DNA of 64,000 nucleotides. Origin: Candidatus Neptunichlamydia sp. (GTDB taxonomy: Bacteria > Chlamydiota > Chlamydiia > Chlamydiales > Simkaniaceae). Positions 39,650 to 49,088 of this stretch are shown piece after piece. How positions within the stretch are numbered: the stretch's first letter is position 1; every line of letters begins with the position of its first letter. The translations under genes were made by a program, and so were the position numbers. Below the pieces are notes generated by a model. It made no database searches and was not told where the DNA came from. It saw nothing but the letters and a program-made list of their open reading frames with translations. Where the stretch lies: assembly GCA_965233865.1 (NCBI GenBank), contig OZ247587.1:928001-992000 (forward strand), in the 5' to 3' direction.

Positions 39650-41230
39650 ATGATCGTATTAGATAAAATTTCAAAAAAGATTGGGACACGGATCCTATTT
39701 GACGATGTTTGCGCAGCATTCAACCCAGGAAACCGCTACGGTTTGACGGGCCCAAATGGAGCTGGAAAATCAACTCTCCTAAAAATCATGATGGGAACTG
39801 TAGACTCCACATCAGGATCAGTTTCACTTCCTAAAAATATTGGGTTTTTAAAACAAAATATTGAAGAGTTCAAGGATAACCGCGCCATTGATGCTGTTAT
39901 CATTGGAAATGAACGACTCTGGGGAGCTTTATTTGAGAGGGACATGCTCTATGAAAAAGAGATGACCGATGAAATCGGGATGCGTTTAGGTGACATAGAA
40001 GAAGTGATTGCTAATGAAGACGGCTATAGCGCCGAATCGGATGCTGAAATGCTCCTTTGTGGAATGGGCATCGAAATTGAATTTCATGAGAAGAAGATGC
40101 ATGAGCTTCCGAGTAACTTGCAGTTCCGTGTTCTTCTTTGCCAGGCTTTATTTGGCGACCCTGAGGCCCTTCTCCTGGACGAACCTACCAACCACCTCGA
40201 TCTTGAATCAATTGGGTGGCTAGAAAACTTTCTTCATAACTACACTGGAACATTAATCGTTGTAAGTCACGACCGCCATTTTTTAAACGCTGTTACAACA
40301 CACATTGCTGATATCGATTACGACACAATTATTACTTACCCGGGTAATTATGATGAGATGCTTGTTGCCAAAACTGCAGTGCGTTCCCGTGCAGAGTCAG
40401 AAGCAAAATCAAAAGAGAAAAAGATTGAGCAGCTTAAAGACTTTGTATCTCGATTTGGAGCGGGAACACGCGCCTCACAAGTGCAGTCCCGTGTGAGACA
40501 AATTCATCGTCTACAACCTCAAGAACTGAAGAAATCAAATATCCAACGCCCTTATATTCGCTTTACCCCTCCCGAAAAGCTGTCAGGAAAAATCGCCCTT
40601 AAAGTTGAAGGAATTAGCAAAAGCTTCGGTGACAATCATGTGATCAAAGACTTTAGTATTGAAATCATGCGCGGCGACAAAATTGCCGTTATCGGAACCA
40701 ATGGAATCGGAAAAACAACTCTTCTGAAGCTGCTTGCTGGAGAGCTTGAGCCTGACAGTGGTGCAATCGAAAGAGGGCATCAGCTCGAACTTGGTTACTT
40801 CCCACAAAACCATGAAGACTTCATCGATAAAAGTGAGAAAATTCAAGCCTTTGACTGGCTCAAGCGCTATAAATCAAGCGCTTATGACCAGGAAATTCGT
40901 GGTGTCATGGGGAAAATGCTTTTTGGAGGAGATGACGCTTTTAAAGAAATCTCAAAACTTTCCGGAGGAGAAACCTGCCGCCTAATCTTTGCTGCACTAC
41001 TGCTCAACCCCTATAATACTCTTATTCTCGATGAACCAAATAACCATCTTGATCTTGAGGCAGTATCCGCTCTTGGGTGGGGACTTGCCGAACTCCAAGG
41101 AACTTGTGTTACTGCATCCCATGACCGTGACCTCATCAATGAAGCCGCCACTAAGATCATTTCTCTCAATGAGGATGGGATCGAGATCTTTGACGGAACA
41201 CTTGACGAGTTCCTTGCTGCAAAGACCTAG
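39650..41230 (+). CDS. ABC-F family ATPase
   Basis: Two ABC domains (GPNGAGKS, LDEPTNHLD; GTNGIGKT, LSGGE, LDEPNNHLD), no TM. Confidence 0.95.
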   Translation: MIVLDKISKKIGTRILFDDVCAAFNPGNRYGLTGPNGAGKSTLLKIMMGTVDSTSGSVSLPKNIGFLKQNIEEFKDNRAIDAVIIGNERLWGALFERDMLYEKEMTDEIGMRLGDIEEVIANEDGYSAESDAEMLLCGMGIEIEFHEKKMHELPSNLQFRVLLCQALFGDPEALLLDEPTNHLDLESIGWLENFLHNYTGTLIVVSHDRHFLNAVTTHIADIDYDTIITYPGNYDEMLVAKTAVRSRAESEAKSKEKKIEQLKDFVSRFGAGTRASQVQSRVRQIHRLQPQELKKSNIQRPYIRFTPPEKLSGKIALKVEGISKSFGDNHVIKDFSIEIMRGDKIAVIGTNGIGKTTLLKLLAGELEPDSGAIERGHQLELGYFPQNHEDFIDKSEKIQAFDWLKRYKSSAYDQEIRGVMGKMLFGGDDAFKEISKLSGGETCRLIFAALLLNPYNTLILDEPNNHLDLEAVSALGWGLAELQGTCVTASHDRDLINEAATKIISLNEDGIEIFDGTLDEFLAAKT

Positions 41231-41231
41231 A

Positions 41232-41290
41232 TATAGCTAAAATAATTTGTTTTAGTTATAACCTTTTGAATGACATATTCACTAGATTTT
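41232..41290 (+). mobile_element. IS630 left-end fragment
   Basis: Close match to 2719-2777: TATAGCTAAAATAATTTGTTTTAGTTATA followed by ATG MTYSLDF, then interrupted. Confidence 0.88.
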
Positions 41291-41296
41291 TGCTTA

Positions 41297-42065
41297 GTAC
41301 AGGACAACCCGTTGATATGCAACAATCTCTTTTGCAAAAAAACGAGGTTGTAACATGCATATCAACGAGTTATCTAAGATCTTAAATCAGTACTTCAATT
41401 TTCACAAGACCCGCTCTGACTGTTTTGCTCAGCTTGTGATAGCCATAATTACTGTTAAAACTGCCAACTTTACACACTTTGCAACAGCATTTATAACGGA
41501 GTCTTTTCCTGAGTCATGCTACAAGCGCATCCAGAGGTTCTTTCGATTCCTCAAGTTTGATTCTTTGGCTGTGGCCTCTATGGTGATAACGCTTTTTGGT
41601 TTGAAAAACAAAAAGCTAAGCCTAGCCCTTGATCGTACAAACTGGAAGTTTTGAAAATTAGACATCAATATTCTTATGCTTACGGTATCTTATAAAGGGA
41701 TTGTCCTCCCGTTGATGTGGGATTGCCTCAAAAAGAGAGGCAACTCCAATACCTCAGAGCGGATTGATTTGATAAAACGTACCCTTCTCCTTATTGACCC
41801 TGAGAATATTGATTGCCTGCTGAGAGATAGGGAATTTGTAGGGGTAGAGTGGATTAAGTGGTTGGATGAGCAAAATATTCCCTTTCTTTTTCGAACTCGC
41901 AACAATAGCTTGCTCGAAGGGATGCTACCGGTAAACGTCTTTTTTAGGAGGCTGCCACCTCATAAAAAAGTCAAAAATGGAAAAACCATTCTATGGAGAA
42001 GGACCATTTACCTGAGTACAAGGTAGTCTTACAATAAAAATGAGCTTGTTACGGTTATCTCAAAT
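41297..42065 (+). mobile_element. IS4-family transposase pseudogene, 3' truncated
   Basis: Candidate end GTACAGGACAA. ORFs 41355-41654 and 41676-42026 share one frame split by TGA (LALDRTNWKF*KLDINILML; KRGNSN; DREFVG). Confidence 0.85.
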
Positions 42066-43058
42066 GGGACTGTTGAGAACTGACATAATTTCCTGAAATG
42101 CATTCACAAAACTTTAGTGGAATGATAACTATTGGCTGTATTCTTCAATGGGCAATCTTTTGAGTACTCTCCCTAGAGAAGAACAACCCTCATAAGGGAC
42201 ATGGATTGCTTCGATTATTCAAGTGTTTACTACTACAGTTCATAGAGAATTGGAACGCTTTATCCAAGAAAACACTGCAGCTCGATGGTTTTGTGGGTTT
42301 AATCTTAGAGACAACACCCCAGATCACACGGTCTTTTGCCAACTTAGAAAAAAGATAGGGACCAATATTTTGTCCAAAATTTTTACCGATCTAAGAGATC
42401 AATTAAAAGATCAAGGACTTATGAGTGGAGTTTACTTCAGTTGATTTAAAAACAAATAAATATTTTAAAATGAGCTCAAAAAAAAACAGATCTCAAAATT
42501 CAGGTCTTCGATTTTCAAGGGTTGTTTATGATTCTAAGAGCTCTCCGATACTGTCATTGTCAATCGTTCCCAACGGCCCTTTAAGGATTGTAAATGTTTT
42601 CTCCCTTTCTTCGCCACTCATGCTTTGATCTGTCCCTTTATGATCGCTTGTTCCTTGACAAGAGTAACGGCAGTTATAAAAAATTATTTTTTACCATTAC
42701 TATCCTTTGCATGCAAGTAGGGCATTTATTAACAAAGCAAACTTGTGGGAGGAAAGAGATAAGGCGATTGTAGAAAAATACGAAAAACTGAACAACGAAA
42801 ATATCTCTCAATTTTCTGCAGACACTCAAGCGAAAATTGGGTGTAAAGGGAAAAGTAAGTATTGGTATGGTTATAAGCAGCACACCAGTGTAGACATGCA
42901 GACAGGGCTGATCAACAAGATTGCAATTACTCCGGCTAATATCACAGATGCTTCAGGCTTCAAACACGTGTGCCCCTCATGAGAGGGTCTTTTCGCAACG
43001 AGAAAAACGAGTTCGGTACCGAGGAATCGCGAAGAATCAGTTTGCAGGTTTCATACAG
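42066..43058 (+). mobile_element. IS5/IS1182-type transposase pseudogene, fragmented
   Basis: DUF772-like ELERFIQENTAARWFCGF..PDHT, then KANLWEERD...WYGYKQH...TPAN and ERVF..RYRG. Contains a 267-bp insertion and a deletion. Confidence 0.8.
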
Positions 43059-43733
43059 ATCATAAGGGTCCTAGCAGAAAAAAGGCGTGGGATGGATCGA
43101 TCTCAACTCATTAAAGCATCGAAGCTCAGTAACAGAGGTCACATAAGTCTTGTTTTAAGAGAGCTCGAAGAGTCTGATTTTATTGCAAGCTTCCCAGAGC
43201 TTGGAAAAAAAAAACGTGGCACTCATTATTATCTAAATGATGAATATACTCTTTTCTATCTTAAATGGATTGAGCCGAACAAGGGAACTCTTCTTAAAGG
43301 AGTAGGAAAGGACTTTTGGATTAAACGACAATCAAATTCATTTTGGAAATCTTGGGCGGGCTTTGCTTTCGAAGGGATTTGTCTCAAGCATGTACTCGAA
43401 ATTAAAAAAACTTTGCAAATGGGAGGAGTGAGCAGAATCTCTGGGTATTGGCAGTCAATTATAGAGAGGGAAAAAGAGGTTGAAGTAGACCTTGTCATAG
43501 ATCGAGCTGATCAATGCATTAATCTTTGTGAAATTAAATTCTATAATACTAATTATGTGATAACTAAGGGGGCTTTTGAGGATTTGAACAGAAAAAAAGC
43601 AAGACTTTATGAGAAAACAAAAGCGAAAAAAACCTTGTTTGTAACCCTCATTACCCCCTTTGGGGCCAATGAAAACCCACACTATCAGAACATAGTAAAT
43701 AATCAAATCACGCTAGAAGATCTATTTTCTTAG
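43059..43733 (+). pseudogene. C-terminal remnant of an AAA ATPase / DUF234-type PD-(D/E)XK protein
   Basis: Winged-helix part, WAGFAFEGICLKH and EVDLVIDRADQCINLCEIKF; no Walker A; fused to a transposase fragment. Confidence 0.8.
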
Positions 43734-43864
43734 AGGGCACAGCCTAACCATTTTCAGTAAGAATGGATTTCTGCATAAAAAATAAACGATAATAACAAAG
43801 AGCTTGAAAAAAATAAAGAAAAGATTAAGATATATGTTATCAACTCAAATAGGGAGGATACTCT

Positions 43865-44044
43865 ATGAAAAATATTCATCTAGAAGAGACGCTTACGGTA
43901 GCCTTTCAAAGAAGCTCATCTTCTCACCTCTTTCTAAGTAAAAAGAAAAACTTATTTCCAGCTTCTTTGCATCTAGTTCAAAAATTGCAAGCATTGGAGA
44001 AATGGCGTAGACTGAGCCCCTTCTCTCAAATGAAGGTTGAGTGA
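43865..44044 (+). CDS. Putative 59-aa basic small protein (absent from ORF track)
   Basis: MKNIHLEETL...FSQMKVE. Strong SD GGGAGG and TTGAAA-N16-TAAGAT at 43804-43831. Confidence 0.55.
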   Translation: MKNIHLEETLTVAFQRSSSSHLFLSKKKNLFPASLHLVQKLQALEKWRRLSPFSQMKVE

Positions 44045-44061
44045 ATTTGGCAAAGCCATGA

Positions 44062-45216
44062 TTAACTCTTTTGAAAGAATCCCTTCTTCTTATTTTCTTT
44101 TTCGATCTTGCCAAGAATAGTGCCGCCAATTCCAAAAATTAATGCTGCTGAGGTAATGACAATACCTAGATAGGGGACCATTGAGAGAGTAAAATAGATA
44201 ATCAAGGCAAAAGCAAAGTAGAGATTTTTATGCCTTTTGAATTCAAAGCGGCAAAAAAGGTGGGTTGAAAGCCACAGGATGGAGAGAATCTTTGCCGTGT
44301 AAAAACCTACGACAGTTAGAGAGAGTAGCGTCAGGGCAAAGGGAACGCCAAGTATGGTGATGATCATTGCAAGCATAATCATGGGGAGGAGAAAGATCAT
44401 TACAATCCCTGCAACAGCCGACTGTGCCGGTTTAGTATTGAGCATCACAATGGTTCGCTCAATCCTTGAAGGGAAATAGCGAAGCATGATGAGACCAATA
44501 ATAAAGCTATAGAAAAAATTCATAACAAGCCCAGCAAATTTCGATCCAATCTTTAACCAATTAAACACTTTGTTATGTATGAGGTCATAGAAGAATGATG
44601 GATGATGGGTCACTCCCCCTTTAACTACAGCATTGGGATCGATCAGCGCATTTTTATTACTCCAGTATTCAAGAGAACCGTCGATCACAACTTTGGAAGT
44701 TAAGCGGAGTTGCCCTACATTTGCTAGAACTTCCCCTCCAATATGATCGGAAATACGGACGCTAGAAGAATAGAGGCGAAGATTTCTGGCAATATGAGAT
44801 TCCACATCTACGTTTCCTGAAACAAGGACAGCGTTCCGCCCAATTGTTGCCGAGGGGCCTAGCTCAATTGTTGCAGCCATTCCTGTGAGGCTTCTTCCGA
44901 TATGACCAGTAATGAGCGCTTGCCCTGTAAGCACCCGGACATTATTCGCAACGTTTCCAGAAACTTCAACACTACCTGCTAGGATTAAAACATCACCATT
45001 GACAGTTCCATCAATAAAAACTTGCCCGCCTAAAACATAAAGATCACCATTGATTGTGCCAGAAATTTCCACTGCTCTCCCATTTGCAAAGTAATCATTA
45101 TTGACCACAACAGTGCTGGGAAGGACAACAATATCAATCTCATTATCTTCTTTCTCAGCAGCAAAAAGGACGCTGAAAAGTAAGAAAAAAATTAGAGTGC
45201 CGTGGCGTAACGCCAT
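44062..45216 (-). CDS. Membrane protein with bactofilin-like beta-helix repeats
   Basis: Signal-like N-terminus, repeated [VI]xGx[VI]xG[DN] units and several C-terminal TM helices. Confidence 0.8.
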   Translation of the reverse strand: MALRHGTLIFFLLFSVLFAAEKEDNEIDIVVLPSTVVVNNDYFANGRAVEISGTINGDLYVLGGQVFIDGTVNGDVLILAGSVEVSGNVANNVRVLTGQALITGHIGRSLTGMAATIELGPSATIGRNAVLVSGNVDVESHIARNLRLYSSSVRISDHIGGEVLANVGQLRLTSKVVIDGSLEYWSNKNALIDPNAVVKGGVTHHPSFFYDLIHNKVFNWLKIGSKFAGLVMNFFYSFIIGLIMLRYFPSRIERTIVMLNTKPAQSAVAGIVMIFLLPMIMLAMIITILGVPFALTLLSLTVVGFYTAKILSILWLSTHLFCRFEFKRHKNLYFAFALIIYFTLSMVPYLGIVITSAALIFGIGGTILGKIEKENKKKGFFQKS

Positions 45217-46163
45217 TTTGCTTGCCTTCGCTCTTTAAAGAGTTTTATTTGCCGTTCTACGGCCTTTTCAATCACACTCTCACATAGAAGGATTTCTTTT
45301 TCATCTTTCTTTTTGCGAGCAATCTCACCAATTTGATCGATATTATAGAGCGTTAATTTGGGGTGCCTAGCAAGACTTGGATTGATATTTCTGGGAACGC
45401 TTAAGTCAAAAAGGAGAATTTCCCCAAGCTGTTTTCCCGGTTTGTCGATGACAAAACGGTCATAATTGGTCCCACAAACCACAACATCATAACAGTCCCA
45501 CTCTAAAAGTCTGTCCCAGTGAGTGACTTCCATAGCAGGAAACTCTCCCTGCGTCATCCTTGTACATAAGGCCACCTGATGGCACCCTTTCTGTTTAAAG
45601 AAAACCATAAGCTGTCGGTTGATGGACGAATTACCAACAAATAGAACGCGGCAATTTTGAATGGCTTTCTGATTCCCTTCTACAATCGATTGAATTGCAA
45701 GCGGGAGAGGAACTCCTTTTTTGGTGAGAAGAAATGAGGTTCTCATCTCCTTTCCAATCTTAAGTCCTTTTTGAAACAGATAGTGAAGTTCATGAGAAAG
45801 ATGTCCCCTTTCCCTTGCAGCTTCATAGGCTAATTTTGACTGCCTTTGGATATCACTTTCACCAAGGATTGCACTATCGATTCCTGAAATAACTTTTCCT
45901 AAATGATGAAAACAATCATGACCAAAGTAGGAGTAAAGAGCCTGTTCAAAACTTCCTGAAATCTGGCTTCGTAGCTTTGCAAGTATCTCAATCTGCTTCC
46001 CTGCTAAACTCGGAGCACAGAAAAAAAGCTCCGTTCTATTACACGTAGAAAGGAGTACCAAATTCGAAGCACTTTGAAACTCTTTTTGAAATACCCTTGC
46101 AAGCCTTTCACGAAGCGCTAACGAAGACGATTTATGATTGATTCCAACTACACCAACTTGCAT
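45192..46163 (-). CDS. hemA: Glutamyl-tRNA reductase (short form)
   Basis: VGINHK, LSTCNRTE, DSAILGESDI and DLSVPRNI. Confidence 0.93.
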   Translation of the reverse strand: MQVGVVGINHKSSSLALRERLARVFQKEFQSASNLVLLSTCNRTELFFCAPSLAGKQIEILAKLRSQISGSFEQALYSYFGHDCFHHLGKVISGIDSAILGESDIQRQSKLAYEAARERGHLSHELHYLFQKGLKIGKEMRTSFLLTKKGVPLPLAIQSIVEGNQKAIQNCRVLFVGNSSINRQLMVFFKQKGCHQVALCTRMTQGEFPAMEVTHWDRLLEWDCYDVVVCGTNYDRFVIDKPGKQLGEILLFDLSVPRNINPSLARHPKLTLYNIDQIGEIARKKKDEKEILLCESVIEKAVERQIKLFKERRQAKWRYATAL

Positions 46164-46210
46164 ATACTTTGCGACCTGATCAAAAAAACCGTATATAGCT
46201 TATCTGATGC

Positions 46211-46804
46211 TTACTCGTCTACAATCAATTGCTCTCGAACTAGAGAGTTGTCAAATCCTTTACCGATTAAAAACCGATAAAGTCGCTGTTTTACTTTAAT
46301 TTCTGAAAGATTGGTGGAGCGCGTTTTCTTCTTAATCCACTGCTTAATTTGCTCCCGTTGCTCATCATCGGTAAAGGAATCGCGCGCCATTTCTTTTAAC
46401 TCTGGAGCTTTCTGCCAGAGCTTCATAGCAATGAACTGAGGTCCCTGGCCTCTTTGTTTCCCCCTCTCAATAAAGAGCCTCCCCTCTCTTATATCGTCCA
46501 AATAGCCCAATTTTTCGCACTCTGAGAGAACTTTGGCTATAGCCTGAGGATCAATTTTATAAGAACTAAGCTTCTTTGTGAGCTCTGTTTTCATAAAGCC
46601 CCTAAGTGCAAGCCATTTATATACAAGCATCCGGGCGAGTTTTATATCAACCCTTAAGCATAAGTCCCTTAGGTTTTTTTTTGTAGAGGTGCGAAGAATT
46701 TCTATTAAATGGTTCTTATAGAGACTTTTATGAACCTCTTTCCACTTTTCCCCATCGATCAAGATGTCAACATATCGCTTATTATCAATAATTTCTATCT
46801 TCAT
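46211..46804 (-). CDS. recX: Regulatory protein RecX
   Basis: ELTKKL, LGYLDD, GPQFI and RFLIGKGF three-helix repeats. Confidence 0.8.
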   Translation of the reverse strand: MKIEIIDNKRYVDILIDGEKWKEVHKSLYKNHLIEILRTSTKKNLRDLCLRVDIKLARMLVYKWLALRGFMKTELTKKLSSYKIDPQAIAKVLSECEKLGYLDDIREGRLFIERGKQRGQGPQFIAMKLWQKAPELKEMARDSFTDDEQREQIKQWIKKKTRSTNLSEIKVKQRLYRFLIGKGFDNSLVREQLIVDE

Positions 46805-46820
46805 GCACTCTTTACAAAAG

Positions 46821-46849
46821 TTGTAGGATTAAATCCTATAGTTTATAAT
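46821..46849 (+). promoter_or_regulatory. sigma66/sigma70-like promoter with an internal palindrome
   Basis: TTGTAG-N17-TATAAT; TAGGAT-taa-ATCCTA overlaps the -35 element and spacer. Confidence 0.55.
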
Positions 46850-46893
46850 AAGCCTAAGGATAGATAGAAAACAACATGGGAGAGGACAAAATT

Positions 46894-47094
46894 ATGTCAG
46901 ACGCAATTGAAGCCGTTAGTGGAATCTCAGAGACTCAAAACTCAGCCCAATCAAACCTCATGCAACAACTTGAGATGCAGGATGTTCAGAACACTAACCT
47001 GACAAGTGAAGTTAATCGGACCTACCAAAGTAGTTTACAATCTCTAGCTCAATCAACAGGTGATCCTGCTATCGCTGGCCAAAATGGTAGCTAA
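46894..47094 (+). CDS. 66-aa Ser/Gln-rich small protein, candidate T3SS substrate
   Basis: SD GAGG before ATG 46894; own promoter and downstream hairpin. Confidence 0.75.
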   Translation: MSDAIEAVSGISETQNSAQSNLMQQLEMQDVQNTNLTSEVNRTYQSSLQSLAQSTGDPAIAGQNGS

Positions 47095-47113
47095 ATCAAG
47101 ATTTTAAAAGATC

Positions 47114-47136
47114 AGCCCTCACAATGTGAGGGCTTT
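47114..47136 (+). terminator. Hairpin terminator
   Basis: AGCCCTCAC-aat-GTGAGGGCT followed by a short T run. Confidence 0.7.
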
Positions 47137-47281
47137 CTCCCTAGCGTCGTCATATTAAAGTTGCAGTACTATAATCCTTTCTAAGAGAGTTTTTTGAATA
47201 GATTGGAAAACAGATTGTGCGGATTTTTCTGGATTTCATGAAATATCCAGGCTAAAATTTAGATTAAGCAAGGAGAAGAAA

Positions 47282-47437
47282 ATGAGTGGCGTTTCAGATG
47301 TCGGCTCTTCAGGGAGTATTCTTCCACAAGAACTAGTTAAGCAAGTTACTGATCCTAACGAGAATACGGCTGTCAATTTTTTTTATGATCAGTATGCAGA
47401 TCAAGTTGCAGCGATTGTCAAAGAAGAACACCTTTAA
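47282..47437 (+). CDS. 51-aa small protein (absent from ORF track), candidate T3SS substrate
   Basis: MSGVSDVGSSGSILPQELVKQVTDPNENTAVNFFYDQYADQVAAIVKEEHL with SD AAGGAG. Confidence 0.75.
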   Translation: MSGVSDVGSSGSILPQELVKQVTDPNENTAVNFFYDQYADQVAAIVKEEHL

Positions 47438-47448
47438 GGGAGAAAAAT

Positions 47449-47733
47449 GTGGTGAGTGGCGTTCAAGGACCTAATGAAGGAACCGATCCTACCCAATCAG
47501 GTGATGCACCAGAGCAATACCAAACAGGGATGGGTGCGATGTATACTGGATCCAAAGCTCCAGGATTTCAAAAATGGATGACTCAGTGGTTTGGAGCCAA
47601 TGTCTCCCCACAAGAGGTCTCAGCCTTCGAAAAAAATATGATGCAGATGATTCAAAACAGTATGAAACAATCACAAGCCCAGCACGAAAAGGTCCAACAG
47701 AAAATCAAAGAGCGAATCGATGAAGGTGGTTAA
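47449..47733 (+). CDS. Small Gln/Met-rich protein, candidate T3SS substrate
   Basis: SD AGGGAG; disordered N-terminus and a C-terminal amphipathic helix; directly upstream of rluD. Confidence 0.75.
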   Translation: MVSGVQGPNEGTDPTQSGDAPEQYQTGMGAMYTGSKAPGFQKWMTQWFGANVSPQEVSAFEKNMMQMIQNSMKQSQAQHEKVQQKIKERIDEGG

Positions 47734-47776
47734 GAGCTCTCTCCTAGAAATTATCTCCTGTGTTATAATCCCTCCT

Positions 47777-48670
47777 ATGATAAAAAAAATTATTATAGAT
47801 GAGCCCATAAGGCTTGATAAGCTTTTAGCTAAGCGATTTACCGACTACTCCCGTAGCTATTTTCAATATTTAATTGGAATCGGCTCAATTACCCGGAATG
47901 GGAGAGGGGTGAAGAAGCGGGAGATTCCAGCTGTAGGGGATGAGATTCAAATTTTTTTTAACGTCTCTCCAGAGATAAAACTCATCTCAGAGGATATTCC
48001 ATTGAAAATCCTTTATGAAGATGATGCGATTATCTGTATCAATAAACCAGTGGGGATGGTCGTCCATCCTGCTCCCGGTCATCCTACGGGAACCTTTGTT
48101 AATGCCCTCCTTCATCACTGCAAATCCCTCCCTCCTCAAGACCTCCGCCCAGGTATTGTCCACCGCCTTGATAAAGATACCTCCGGAGTCCTTCTTGCTG
48201 CAAAAACATCGGAAGCTCATCGAAAGCTCATTGAAGCTTTTTCAAATAGAAAAATCGATAAGGAATATCTTACTATTACGGTAGGGACCCCCCAAAAAAA
48301 ATCGATTGATGCGCCCATTGGACGTCATCCTGTAAAACGGAAAGAAATGGCTACTATTGAAACAGGGCGCCATGCCTTGACCCATTTTGAAGTGATTGAT
48401 AGCCGTGAAGGCTTTTCTTTTGTTCGCGCAAAACCAGTTACTGGTCGTACCCACCAAATTCGAGTTCATCTTAAATCTCAAAATACTCCTGTTCTGGGTG
48501 ACCCTATTTACGGACCTGAAAAGCTCAGCCGCAAACTGGGTGCGCTTCGTACTCTTCTTCATGCCCACCGCCTTTCTTTCCCTCATCCCTCAACAGGAGA
48601 AAGGGTTGAAATTACAGCTTCTCCCCCTGAAGATTTTCAAAAATGGTCAAATTACATTCAAAAATTCTAG
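47777..48670 (+). CDS. rluD: RluA-family pseudouridine synthase (RluD-like)
   Basis: S4 domain RLDK, NKPVGMVVHP, VHRLDKDTSG and TGRTHQIRVH. Confidence 0.93.
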   Translation: MIKKIIIDEPIRLDKLLAKRFTDYSRSYFQYLIGIGSITRNGRGVKKREIPAVGDEIQIFFNVSPEIKLISEDIPLKILYEDDAIICINKPVGMVVHPAPGHPTGTFVNALLHHCKSLPPQDLRPGIVHRLDKDTSGVLLAAKTSEAHRKLIEAFSNRKIDKEYLTITVGTPQKKSIDAPIGRHPVKRKEMATIETGRHALTHFEVIDSREGFSFVRAKPVTGRTHQIRVHLKSQNTPVLGDPIYGPEKLSRKLGALRTLLHAHRLSFPHPSTGERVEITASPPEDFQKWSNYIQKF

Positions 48671-48766
48671 ATTAATATCATCAATTTTTATTATCATGGG
48701 GTATGCCCTTGATTGCGGTCAGGGGCTAGAGCTATTTATTACCGGCACGCAACCAAGGACCGAACC

Positions 48767-49021
48767 ATGAAAGAATTTGTAGAGTACATCGTAAAAAATC
48801 TCGTAGACAATCCTGACCAAGTAAAGATTAATGAAATCGGCGGAACCCATACTCTCATCATTGAACTCAGCGTTGAGAAGGCTGATATTGGGAAAATTAT
48901 TGGGAAAAAAGGGAAAACCATTAACGCGATCCGCACCCTTTTGATGTCTGTTGCAAGCCGCAATGGAATCCGCGTCAATCTTGAAATCCTTGAAGAAGAC
49001 GGCTCCAAAGTCGAAGACTAA
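48767..49021 (+). CDS. khpA: KH-domain RNA-binding protein
   Basis: MKEFVEYIVKNLVD and DIGKIIGKKGKTINAIR. Confidence 0.9.
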   Translation: MKEFVEYIVKNLVDNPDQVKINEIGGTHTLIIELSVEKADIGKIIGKKGKTINAIRTLLMSVASRNGIRVNLEILEEDGSKVED

Positions 49022-49047
49022 ACACACATCTTCTGATTATAAACGTT

Positions 49048-49075
49048 AGGCTACCCACATGTGGTAGCCTTTTTT
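49048..49075 (+). terminator. Intrinsic terminator
   Basis: AGGCTACC-cacatgt-GGTAGCCT followed by a T run. Confidence 0.8.
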
Positions 49076-49088
49076 ATAGGAAGACTGC

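Noticed and set aside
42921..43733. 270-aa ORF as a novel transposase-nuclease fusion
   Set aside because: No credible start; the junction joins two fragments and is best explained as deletion debris.
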